64,000 nucleotides of DNA from a bacterium (GTDB taxonomy: Bacteria; Actinomycetota; Coriobacteriia; Coriobacteriales; Eggerthellaceae), in the NCBI GenBank assembly GCA_963613135.1, contig CAVDXU010000003.1, positions 65,450-129,449 on the forward strand, given 5' to 3'. Made by a program: the position numbers and the translations under genes. The notes under the pieces are model-generated. The model was not told the origin of the DNA. It saw only the letters and a list, made by a program, of their open reading frames with translations, and did not search any database. Positions 28,340 through 36,418 of the stretch are shown here, one piece after another (position 1 is the first letter of the stretch; every line of letters begins with the position of its first letter).

Positions 28340-29260
28340 TCAGGCAAGCGCGCGTTTGCACTTCGTCACACGACGGCAAGCGCAAACGCCGACGACCTCC
28401 ATTAAGGCCGCCCCGCCGAGAACGATCCAACCCAAAGGCTCTTCCCGATAGAATGCGGCGAAATCAGCGTTCAGAACGTACGACATGAGAAAAATCGCCG
28501 GCATCGAGCAGGCCACGAAGCCCTGGGCAAGCTTCGTGCCGGCAAGCTCGGTGGTCAGCTCCCGCTCGAGACGCATACGCGCATTGGCGTGAGCGGCGAT
28601 GGAGTCGAGCACGGCGGCAAGCGGCCCTCCAAAACGGCTCTGCACCCGCATCGCCGATGCAAGAGCCCGAACGTCCGCACAGCCCGTTCGTTTCGCCAGC
28701 AGCTCGAACGCCTCGGGCAAAGCCATGCCATAGGAAGCCTGAGCCAACACGCGCGTCAATTCCCCTTTCAGAGGATCGGGCGCGTGATCGGCGCAAACGC
28801 GCAACGATCGCTCAAGCGTCAGCGAGCTTTTCACGCTTGCCGACAACTGGGGCAGCAGGCGCACGAACTGCTCGGAGAACAACTCCCTGCGCTTCTTCAC
28901 GCCCCGCAAAACATAGAGCGCCGCAGCAAGCGGCGTTGCCGCCAGAGCGATCAAGGCGGCAAGAACCCCTGCAGCCAAGTTCGCGAAGGCCGCAAGCACC
29001 AGGCCGAGAGCGATGACGCTTGCCGTCCATACGAGCGGGCTCGCTTCAATGCCCGCATCCTCAAGCGAGCGGCCAATTAAGCCCGGCGATGACGATTCAT
29101 CTTTTTCGCTTTCACGTTTTCCCTGCTCGTAGAGCTGTTTAGAACTCAAGGCCTGATCTTTGCTTGCCGCCCGTTGCCTCCGCATCACACTATACGCAGC
29201 AGCCCCGAGAACTCCTGCCGCCAAAGCCATGAAGACGGCGATCAGATAAACCGCTCCCAT
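28340..29260 (-). CDS. tadB: Tad pilus platform protein TadB (T2SSF family), set 2
   Basis: RR..FSEQF..L, PDPLKGE, Q.RFGG.LA.VLD; follows TadA. Confidence 0.88.
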   Translation of the reverse strand: MGAVYLIAVFMALAAGVLGAAAYSVMRRQRAASKDQALSSKQLYEQGKRESEKDESSSPGLIGRSLEDAGIEASPLVWTASVIALGLVLAAFANLAAGVLAALIALAATPLAAALYVLRGVKKRRELFSEQFVRLLPQLSASVKSSLTLERSLRVCADHAPDPLKGELTRVLAQASYGMALPEAFELLAKRTGCADVRALASAMRVQSRFGGPLAAVLDSIAAHANARMRLERELTTELAGTKLAQGFVACSMPAIFLMSYVLNADFAAFYREEPLGWIVLGGAALMEVVGVCACRRVTKCKRALA

Positions 29261-29269
29261 AAGGCCTCC

Positions 29270-30586
29270 TCACGATTCGAAAAACCATGTCGGGTCGTAC
29301 CACACGCCCGCCGCCGCCATGCGTTCCTTGATGCGCTGGGGCTGCACCCCAAGAGCACGCCATCGGCCCATCACGCGCTCGAAAGCATCAATACCCTGCA
29401 CCTCGAAACGGAACAGCTCGGCACGAGGAATGACCGTCGAGCCCTCGGGAAGACGGTCGATCGCCACAACGCTCGTCACACGACGGGCGCCATCGCGCAT
29501 ACGCTCGACATGCACGATCAGGCCGCCTTGCAAGGACTCGGCTATCTGCTGGGCTATGACGTCGATCCCTAGATCAGCGTTCGCGTAGCCGACCATCGTG
29601 CGCAAGCGGCTCAGCGCATTGCTCGGGTCGTTCGCGTGAACCGTCGTCATCGAGCCCGGATGGTCGGTTTGCATGGCCTGAAGCATCTCGTACGCCTCGG
29701 CACCTCGGCACTCGCCGACGATGATGCGATCCGGCCGCCGACGCAGCGACAGCGCGACAAGCTCCCGCATGCCGACAGCACCCTGGCCTTCGACGTTCGC
29801 CTCACGCGTTTGCATGCGCTCGGTATGAGAGGCCCGCAAACGAAGCTCCGGCGTGTCCTCGATGGTGATCACACGCTCATCGTCGGCGATGAAACCCGAC
29901 AGCGCCCCCAGCAGCGTCGTTTTGCCCGAACCGGTTCCGCCCGAAATCACGATCGGGCATCGCGCACGGACCGCCGCACCCAAGAACTCGGCGATCGGGA
30001 CGGGAAGCGCGCCTTTCGCCACCAGGTCATCAATGCTCATCACATGCTCGCTGAACATACGAAGGTTAAGCGCCGGCCCGTCAGGGGCAAGTGGCGGGAT
30101 GATATACGTCGCCCGCGCCCGTCCCCCTGGAAGCATCGCGCACCCCATGGCATGGGATTCGTCGCAGCGCATCCCCGCCTGCTCGGCGATCTTGTTGATG
30201 ATACGCCGCAGATGGTCTGCGTCATCGAACGCTATATCGGGGCGAGCCTCGATGCGACCGGCGCGCTCGACGAACACCTTCGGCTCGCGAAAGGGCATCG
30301 CCGGATCGGAAAGATCGATCCCGCCCCCGTTGACCATGATCTCGGTGATCGACGAATCTTCAAGCAAAGGCTGCAAGGGCCCGTATCGAAGAAAGTCATC
30401 GACGATCGCGCGGCGAAGCATATCGAGGTCTACCGGCGACGCCTCAAGCCCCCATGATCGAGCCGTCTCTTCGACAAGGGCGGCGATCACGCTCTCGACA
30501 CCGTCGGTTTGGGAATCACCTTGCATGCGCAAGGCAAGCCCGTCCCGCACCGACCGTTTGAGCGCTAGCTCGATGGTCCTGTCCAT
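29270..30586 (-). CDS. tadA: CpaF/TadA pilus assembly ATPase, set 2
   Basis: [40 protein letters not shown]; alternative GTG start at 30595. Confidence 0.93.
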   Translation of the reverse strand: MDRTIELALKRSVRDGLALRMQGDSQTDGVESVIAALVEETARSWGLEASPVDLDMLRRAIVDDFLRYGPLQPLLEDSSITEIMVNGGGIDLSDPAMPFREPKVFVERAGRIEARPDIAFDDADHLRRIINKIAEQAGMRCDESHAMGCAMLPGGRARATYIIPPLAPDGPALNLRMFSEHVMSIDDLVAKGALPVPIAEFLGAAVRARCPIVISGGTGSGKTTLLGALSGFIADDERVITIEDTPELRLRASHTERMQTREANVEGQGAVGMRELVALSLRRRPDRIIVGECRGAEAYEMLQAMQTDHPGSMTTVHANDPSNALSRLRTMVGYANADLGIDVIAQQIAESLQGGLIVHVERMRDGARRVTSVVAIDRLPEGSTVIPRAELFRFEVQGIDAFERVMGRWRALGVQPQRIKERMAAAGVWYDPTWFFES

Positions 30587-30591
30587 GCCCC

Positions 30592-31437
30592 TCACACCTT
30601 CGCCGACGAAGCATCGACCGTGGCGATAAGCTGCAAGCTCACTCGGCCAGCAGATTGCGCTGCACGAATTTCGTCAGCCTGATCAGGAGTGACCTCAACG
30701 GTGACGGCTGCATAGGAAACGCCTTCGCCGGTCCCATCGCCCCCCGTCGAAAGCACTCGAGCGCTTTCGCACACTTCAACGACCGCGGCAGATCCCCCGC
30801 TTTCGGTTTCGACCGAAACGATGCGAACGTGATCAAGCGGCTTGATCTGGCCCGAAACGCCCGTTTCGTCGTCAACGGAAATGGACACGGCTTCCATGCC
30901 CTCGGAAAGGCTTCCCGCTATCCTGCCGTCACCGCCTGCCGACGCGATCGACCCGCCTGAGAGCTGCGTTCCGGCGGGAACGTCGACCAGCACGCGCGCT
31001 CCGACGATGCCCGCCGATGAGGCGCTCTGAGCGAGGTATACGCCCTCCGCACGATAGGCCTGCGGGACAAGCTGCGACGAAAGATCCGCCTCCGCGATCA
31101 CCTCTCCTGCATGAATCTCCCTCGTGGTCACGAGCACCGCAGCCTGATTACGCGTCGCTGCATCAACAGCGGTCGACGCCGAAGCAGACTGCCAAACGCC
31201 GAAAGCGATCGACACGAACGCAACTGCGACCGCCGCGGCTGCGATAACGGAAAGCTGCTTGAGCCTTTCGACCGCCTGCTTCTCCGCCTCGGACGCGCCG
31301 GCGCCATCACGAATAGAAGCTTCGTCCGCCCACGATGAGCTTGCAGCGTTTTTCGCACGAACCGAGCTCCTCTGTCCCGCACCGCGATGCACCGGCGCAC
31401 GACCGAAGCGACGCGATCCTGTCTTAGCTAGCGCCAT
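30592..31437 (-). CDS. cpaB: Flp pilus assembly protein CpaB/RcpC, set 2
   Basis: TM, SAF domain (VLV..REI.AGEVI..DL), GMEAVSISVD..GVSG.IKP.D.V, VTVEVTP.QA. Confidence 0.88.
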   Translation of the reverse strand: MALAKTGSRRFGRAPVHRGAGQRSSVRAKNAASSSWADEASIRDGAGASEAEKQAVERLKQLSVIAAAAVAVAFVSIAFGVWQSASASTAVDAATRNQAAVLVTTREIHAGEVIAEADLSSQLVPQAYRAEGVYLAQSASSAGIVGARVLVDVPAGTQLSGGSIASAGGDGRIAGSLSEGMEAVSISVDDETGVSGQIKPLDHVRIVSVETESGGSAAVVEVCESARVLSTGGDGTGEGVSYAAVTVEVTPDQADEIRAAQSAGRVSLQLIATVDASSAKV

Positions 31438-31465
31438 ATTCTCTCCTTCCCCGCCTGCAACGAGG

Positions 31466-32065
31466 TTATCCCTGATTTCCCTTCCGAACCTGCTCGACCA
31501 TCTCGGCGGGAAACCCATCGAGGCTCCCCACCGCGGTGAAAACTCCTTGCGAAGCTCCCTTGCCCGCCGAAAAGGTGTATTTGCCGCAAATGCGCTGATC
31601 TGGGCGCCAGACCTTTTGCGAAGCATAAGGGGCCGCCCGCACAACACGGCACGAAGCGGCGCTCACCGAGTCGAACCCGAGACCTTTGCCGAATATGGTG
31701 GGAACCTCTTCGGTAACCTGCATCCCGACGATCCACAACCGCTCCGATTCGGGAACCGATCCTTTCGGGGCTTCGTAAAACCACACGGTGAGATCTCCTC
31801 CAACACCCTGGCTGCGAACAGTCGAGGCGATCACGTCTGCCAGGAGCCCTCCTGGATCGTCATCGTATTTTGCCTGCTGAGACGTCACCGCATCCATGCA
31901 AGACGCCCGCGCCGCGTCAAGCGCTTGCTCCTGATGGCTTTTCGCGCAGTAGGCGATCCCAACATCGACCGCTGCCCCCATGATCGCCACCAAAACGAAT
32001 ATCGAAACGATGACGAGCGGAGCGATATTGCCGCGCTCGCACCTTGCTGCAGCCAATCGTTTCAT
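31466..32065 (-). CDS. TadG-like pseudopilin (Tad N-terminal domain)
   Basis: ERG|NIAPLV hydrophobic helix, AVDVG, QALDAA; ATGA-coupled to upstream gene. Confidence 0.8.
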   Translation of the reverse strand: MKRLAAARCERGNIAPLVIVSIFVLVAIMGAAVDVGIAYCAKSHQEQALDAARASCMDAVTSQQAKYDDDPGGLLADVIASTVRSQGVGGDLTVWFYEAPKGSVPESERLWIVGMQVTEEVPTIFGKGLGFDSVSAASCRVVRAAPYASQKVWRPDQRICGKYTFSAGKGASQGVFTAVGSLDGFPAEMVEQVRKGNQG

Positions 32066-32532
32066 GCGCCCACCTGCACTTCCACAGCCCGCTCGTCGTT
32101 GCATGAAAACGAAACGTGTCGGGAAAAGCCCTCGTTCGACCACCCCGGGATGACGATGATCGAGGATGGCCGATAAAGCGCATCGAAGGACACATCCGTG
32201 GCCACCAAGCGCGTTTTCAGCCCGCCTTCCGCCTCGTCCCATGCCGCGCCATCGCGCCTTGTCCTGACCACGACGTTCTTCACCTCGATCGAGGATGCAT
32301 CGAGCTGGCTTACCTGCCCGACAATCTCGTCCGCGACGAAACGCTCTTTGTCCCCTGCAGCCACCAGACCTGCAGTGTCGATGCGCAAGCTCGCCTGGCT
32401 GACCTCAGAGAAGAACACTTCGGCGGAGAACATCGTCAGGGCAACCTGGATGATGCCGAACACGATCGCGAGCAGCAGCGGCATCACGCAAACGAACTGC
32501 ACGATTTCGCTTCCCGACTCTCTACGAGACAT
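32062..32532 (-). CDS. TadE-like pseudopilin (Q+5 variant)
   Basis: ESG|SEIVQFVCVMPLLLAIVFGIIQ; SD GGAGG. Confidence 0.8.
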   Translation of the reverse strand: MSRRESGSEIVQFVCVMPLLLAIVFGIIQVALTMFSAEVFFSEVSQASLRIDTAGLVAAGDKERFVADEIVGQVSQLDASSIEVKNVVVRTRRDGAAWDEAEGGLKTRLVATDVSFDALYRPSSIIVIPGWSNEGFSRHVSFSCNDERAVEVQVGA

Positions 32533-33043
32533 GTGCGCCTCCCTCCGGAGCGTATGCCCGACGCTGCGCGAGCGCCTCGAGGGCGAACATGCCATCGCTC
32601 GATCCGCCCGCTAACGCGACCGCACGACCGACGGGGGTGAGATAAGGTGCTTTGAGCTTCGCATGCGCCTTCACATCGCATGCGGCGAGCCGGACGCTTT
32701 CCTGCATGAACGAGTCGCTCTCCTCGGAATACATCCGGCGCACAAACCCCTCCTCGGACGCCTCGCCCACGACGACGTCGACGATAAGATCGGATCCGTC
32801 GAGGGCGGGGACGGCCGCAAGAGTCGCACGTCGCGCCGCATCTGCGGCAAGCGGCGTGCGGGCACCTTGCGACACCTGATCGCAACTCCAGCTTAGGGCG
32901 GCATATGAGGCATCGGTTAGCATCATCTGGCAGATCACGACCCGCCCGAAATCAAGCGCCGCGCATAAGAACACCGCTAGCAGGGGCAGCACCATCACGA
33001 ACGTCACGACGCTGCTGCCGGCCTCCGAAGAGCCTTGCGTCAG
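32522..33043 (-). CDS. TadE-like pseudopilin; start codon uncertain (CTG proposed)
   Basis: EAG|SSVVTFVMVLPLLAVFLCAALDFG; C-terminal YLTP motif. Confidence 0.7.
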   Translation of the reverse strand: MTQGSSEAGSSVVTFVMVLPLLAVFLCAALDFGRVVICQMMLTDASYAALSWSCDQVSQGARTPLAADAARRATLAAVPALDGSDLIVDVVVGEASEEGFVRRMYSEESDSFMQESVRLAACDVKAHAKLKAPYLTPVGRAVALAGGSSDGMFALEALAQRRAYAPEGGAHVS

Positions 33044-33078
33044 GAGACTTCGCTTCCTGCATCCTGCAGGAAAAGCCG

Positions 33079-33318
33079 CTATTGAACCCCGGTGGCGGCG
33101 CCCTTCGTCACCGATTTGAACATCTGGGTGATCGAATCCCCCGCTCCCTTGATCGCGGTGTTGATCTGCCCTTGCAGCGCCATAAGCGCCGCACCGAGGC
33201 CGACCGCGAAGCCGAGCACGATGACCACCTGCACGATCTCCGAACCGCCGTCCTCTTCCCCGCAGACCGCCTGCGCGTAGACCTTCTTGAGAGCACCCTT
33301 CATGTTCGCCTTTTCCAT
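33079..33318 (-). CDS. Flp-like major pilin, set 2 (non-canonical Q+5)
   Basis: 79 aa; EEDGG|SEIVQVVIVLGFAVGLGAAL then amphipathic helix; strong purine-rich RBS; downstream hairpin TTCCTGCA-GGA-TGCAGGAA. Confidence 0.75.
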   Translation of the reverse strand: MEKANMKGALKKVYAQAVCGEEDGGSEIVQVVIVLGFAVGLGAALMALQGQINTAIKGAGDSITQMFKSVTKGAATGVQ

Positions 33319-33435
33319 GCCTCTCCCTTTCCTGTTTTTCTTCCTTTTCCGTTTTCCCAATACCGCCATCTTCGCGGTATCGCCTGATCAAGCACTGACA
33401 TCCGGCCGGTCTGTCACGCGCTCGCATACGGCCTT

Positions 33436-34326
33436 TCATACCGTCACCATCCCTCCGAACACCAGCCACAGAGCCAGAAACGGCGCCATGGGAATCCCGT
33501 CGCGCCTACCGAGCCTGCGCGAAACCAAGCCGACTATCGAGAACGCCGATGCCGCAACGTAGCAAGCCAAAGCACCCGCCAAGGCGCCCGGCCCTGTCGC
33601 AAGGGACAGCGCCACCATGCAACGCATATCCCCTCCGCCCACGGAGCGGGCGTTCTGCCCGAAAAGATGCCGGGCGATCCAGCAAACGATCAGGACGACC
33701 GCCACCGCGACGACGCCGCTTCCAAGTGCCGGCAGCCCGCCCCGCAGCAATTGGAATACGAGGCCGAACGATGCAAGAGCCGCGCAGGATTCAAGCGGGA
33801 TCATCCGCGCGCGAAGATCGCACGCGATCCCGCATAGCATCGCGACGATGCACCCGGCAAGCGGCACGGTCTGCTGCAAAGGCATGCCGGAGGCCGGCAG
33901 GATACCGAACGCGACAGCGCCGCCAAGGCCCAAGCCAACTCGCTGCAAAACGCTCGGCTGAAACGAGCATCGAGCCACCTGATCGCTCTCCGAACGTTTA
34001 GCCAGCGACGGATCGGCGTCAAACCCCGCATCAGCGAGCAGCTGCGCACGCTCTCGCGCAAGCACGCCGCCGCGCGCCGCCGCAAGCGCATCGGCGAGCC
34101 AAATGCCGATCGAGCCATCATCGCCGGCGTCGCTTGGGCTCGGCAGCTTATCCGGATGCAGTCGTTGATACCGTTGAAGTTCCTCGTACGAATCCATCCA
34201 CCAGGAATAACTTCTGCGATAAGCGCGGCGAAGCATCAGATCTGACAGCACCGGCACCAAAGCAGACCCCAGAACCGCCCCCGATACCGCCCACAACGCC
34301 AGCAAGCCCGCGAAATACGACGTCAT
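33436..34326 (-). CDS. Prepilin peptidase (A24 family) with HA-like insertion
   Basis: Catalytic aspartates in CDLRARMIP and GGGDMR; C-terminal IPMAPFL; multi-TM. Confidence 0.9.
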   Translation of the reverse strand: MTSYFAGLLALWAVSGAVLGSALVPVLSDLMLRRAYRRSYSWWMDSYEELQRYQRLHPDKLPSPSDAGDDGSIGIWLADALAAARGGVLARERAQLLADAGFDADPSLAKRSESDQVARCSFQPSVLQRVGLGLGGAVAFGILPASGMPLQQTVPLAGCIVAMLCGIACDLRARMIPLESCAALASFGLVFQLLRGGLPALGSGVVAVAVVLIVCWIARHLFGQNARSVGGGDMRCMVALSLATGPGALAGALACYVAASAFSIVGLVSRRLGRRDGIPMAPFLALWLVFGGMVTV

Positions 34327-35078
34327 GCTCCCACCGCACATAAATCATGCTGAGATGCCTGCGCATGGCGCGGGGAAGCGGCCTGACGAGAACGGCTTTC
34401 CCGATCGCGAGACCGCGAACCGTGCATGCCGGTCGCGCATTCCGAAGCATCCGGATAGCGCACCTCAACGCGTGCACCTGGGGAGGTTCCCTGATGGAAA
34501 CGAGCACACGCGCGGGACCGCGCAGCATCAATCTGCTGATCTCGCGAATTCGCATGCGCGAGCGAATCCCGCACATCATGAAGCTCGATCCTCAAAACGA
34601 TCTCCCCGCTTCGCGATGGCACCGAAATCAGCTGCCCGGAAGATGGCTGCGGCTCACGCGCTTCCTCGGCAGCCAGCTCATCCACCACGCAAGCCGCCGC
34701 TACTCGATCCGCCCGGGCCGAAGCTGATGCCGACGGCGAAGCCGATGCCGACGGCGCTTCGGCGTTCACCGGAGCCTCGAAATCCCTCGACGCGGCAGGC
34801 GACGTTACGCCAGCCGGGGTACCCAAACGCCCCGACTCGCCCACCAAAGAAGACGGCGCGGAAATCGCCGGGCGCGCCACCGCCAAGGCCGGCACCTCCA
34901 TAACCGTGGGCGATTCCTGCTTGCCCCCAAGAGAAGCAGCAGCGCCCGATGGTGCCCCTGGCACCGGACGATGAAGCGCCACCTGAGCGTTTTGACCCGG
35001 ATCGAATCGGTGCAAGCACCCATAGCAAACCTCGGCATCGTCGAACGATCCCGCCTTGCAGACCGGACATTCCTTCAC
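34323..35078 (-). CDS. Hypothetical protein with N-terminal zinc ribbon
   Basis: MKECPVC..FDDAEVCYGCLHRF then Ala/Pro/Ser-rich linker; GTGA/ATGA overlaps on both sides. Confidence 0.75.
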   Translation of the reverse strand: MKECPVCKAGSFDDAEVCYGCLHRFDPGQNAQVALHRPVPGAPSGAAASLGGKQESPTVMEVPALAVARPAISAPSSLVGESGRLGTPAGVTSPAASRDFEAPVNAEAPSASASPSASASARADRVAAACVVDELAAEEAREPQPSSGQLISVPSRSGEIVLRIELHDVRDSLAHANSRDQQIDAARSRACARFHQGTSPGARVEVRYPDASECATGMHGSRSRDRESRSRQAASPRHAQASQHDLCAVGA

Positions 35079-35410
35079 GAATCATCACCTCCACCGCGTA
35101 CGACGAGAACTTGATCGCCACCTTCGAACCAAGAGCCGTCGGACGCCGAAAACCTTTCCAATACCCCAACCGCCTGCCGGCATCTCAAATGCCTGCGCGG
35201 CGCAACACTTCGATACGACTCGATAACCGCCCCATCCGCCGCAACAAAAGCGATATCGATCGGATATTTCATACCGAACGTGTGGACGCTCCTGCACGGC
35301 ATGAGCAGCATGACGTTTCCTTCCGGCCCGGGCCGAGATCGCAAAAGACCTTTCATCCGCGCCGAAAACCGGCCGGCCAGCAGCAACAATGACGACGCGC
35401 CCTTCCCCAT
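35075..35410 (-). CDS. DUF192 family protein
   Basis: RMKGLL, PCRSVHTFGMKYPIDIAFV, VLE motifs. Confidence 0.85.
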   Translation of the reverse strand: MGKGASSLLLLAGRFSARMKGLLRSRPGPEGNVMLLMPCRSVHTFGMKYPIDIAFVAADGAVIESYRSVAPRRHLRCRQAVGVLERFSASDGSWFEGGDQVLVVRGGGDDS

Positions 35411-35429
35411 AAGCTCACCTTCCCTTTCC

Positions 35430-35987
35430 TCATGAAACTTGAATCACCACGCTTACCGAACTCCCGATCTGGGCGCACATCAGAAACGCCCAGCGATAGC
35501 AACCGCTCGCCTTCGTGAACGACGCGCAGGTCGCAGAGCCGCTTTCCATGCGTCTCCAGCCTTTCTGCTCAAGTTCGGTCACCACCGAGGAGAGCACATC
35601 GGGCGCTGCACCCTCGCACGTCCATCCGATGATCCGCGACTCCTCGTCGATACGGCCTTCGTTGCGGCCCGCCAAAGATGCGACCTCGTCGGCGAAGGCG
35701 TCAGCCCGGCTTGCCGCAGCCAGCTCATAAGCGTCGCTCGACCCATCGATAACCGCTCCGTACCCCACGGTCGAAGAGCCCGCCGCCTGGATCTGCCGAA
35801 GGACCGGCTCGACGAATTGTTCCGCTGAACGACTTGCGCAAACTGCTCCAATCAGGCAAAACACGGCAAGGCAGGCAACGATAACCCTTCGGCCGGAAAC
35901 GCCAAGGCGCTTCTGCGCGGCACGCCCGCGCTCGACGCGCCGCGCGCGCTCGTCAACAGGCGCACGACTCCGGCGCGGAATCTTCAT
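35430..35987 (-). CDS. Hypothetical membrane-anchored protein of tad locus
   Basis: Basic N-terminus, single TM, L..KGW motif; ATGA-coupled. Confidence 0.7.
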   Translation of the reverse strand: MKIPRRSRAPVDERARRVERGRAAQKRLGVSGRRVIVACLAVFCLIGAVCASRSAEQFVEPVLRQIQAAGSSTVGYGAVIDGSSDAYELAAASRADAFADEVASLAGRNEGRIDEESRIIGWTCEGAAPDVLSSVVTELEQKGWRRMESGSATCASFTKASGCYRWAFLMCAQIGSSVSVVIQVS

Positions 35988-36418
35988 GCGAGCACCCCCG
36001 GCTTGTAGCAGTCCACGGTGAACTCCTCTCTGTGCACCAGCTTCGGCAACGCGACGCCGAAGATCGAATCCTTCAGACCGAGCCCGAACAGCGTCGGCAA
36101 GAACTCGACGGTGCCGGTAAAGGTCGTATGCCCGCCCGATGCCGCCCGCGCCGACACATGCACGCTCACGTTGTCCTGACTCGCGAATGCTTCCGCAAGA
36201 TCTTGCTCGATAGCGACGCAGCTTTGCGCAACATCCTGCCCATATGCAGGCGACGCAGCATGCACGCGCGCGAGATCGCGCAAATCGTTATCGAACGCCG
36301 CACAAGTGCCAAAGAATGTCATCGCGTTCACGGCTATCACAGCGATCGCGATCATGACCGGCAACGCAACCACGAACTCGATCGTCATCTGCCCATCGAA
36401 ATCCCTCATCAATCCCAT
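35984..36418 (-). CDS. TadE-like pseudopilin
   Basis: DG|QMTIEFVVALPVMIAIAVI canonical E+5. Confidence 0.85.
   Translation of the reverse strand: MGLMRDFDGQMTIEFVVALPVMIAIAVIAVNAMTFFGTCAAFDNDLRDLARVHAASPAYGQDVAQSCVAIEQDLAEAFASQDNVSVHVSARAASGGHTTFTGTVEFLPTLFGLGLKDSIFGVALPKLVHREEFTVDCYKPGVLA

Noticed and set aside
29270..30586. VirB11-type conjugation ATPase
   Set aside because: Flanked by cpaB, tadB and tadC; no VirB4, coupling protein or relaxase
32522..33469. Full 315-aa ORF as a single gene
   Set aside because: Its 5' half overlaps the pilin gene in another frame and the peptidase end; only the TadE-like 3' part looks coding
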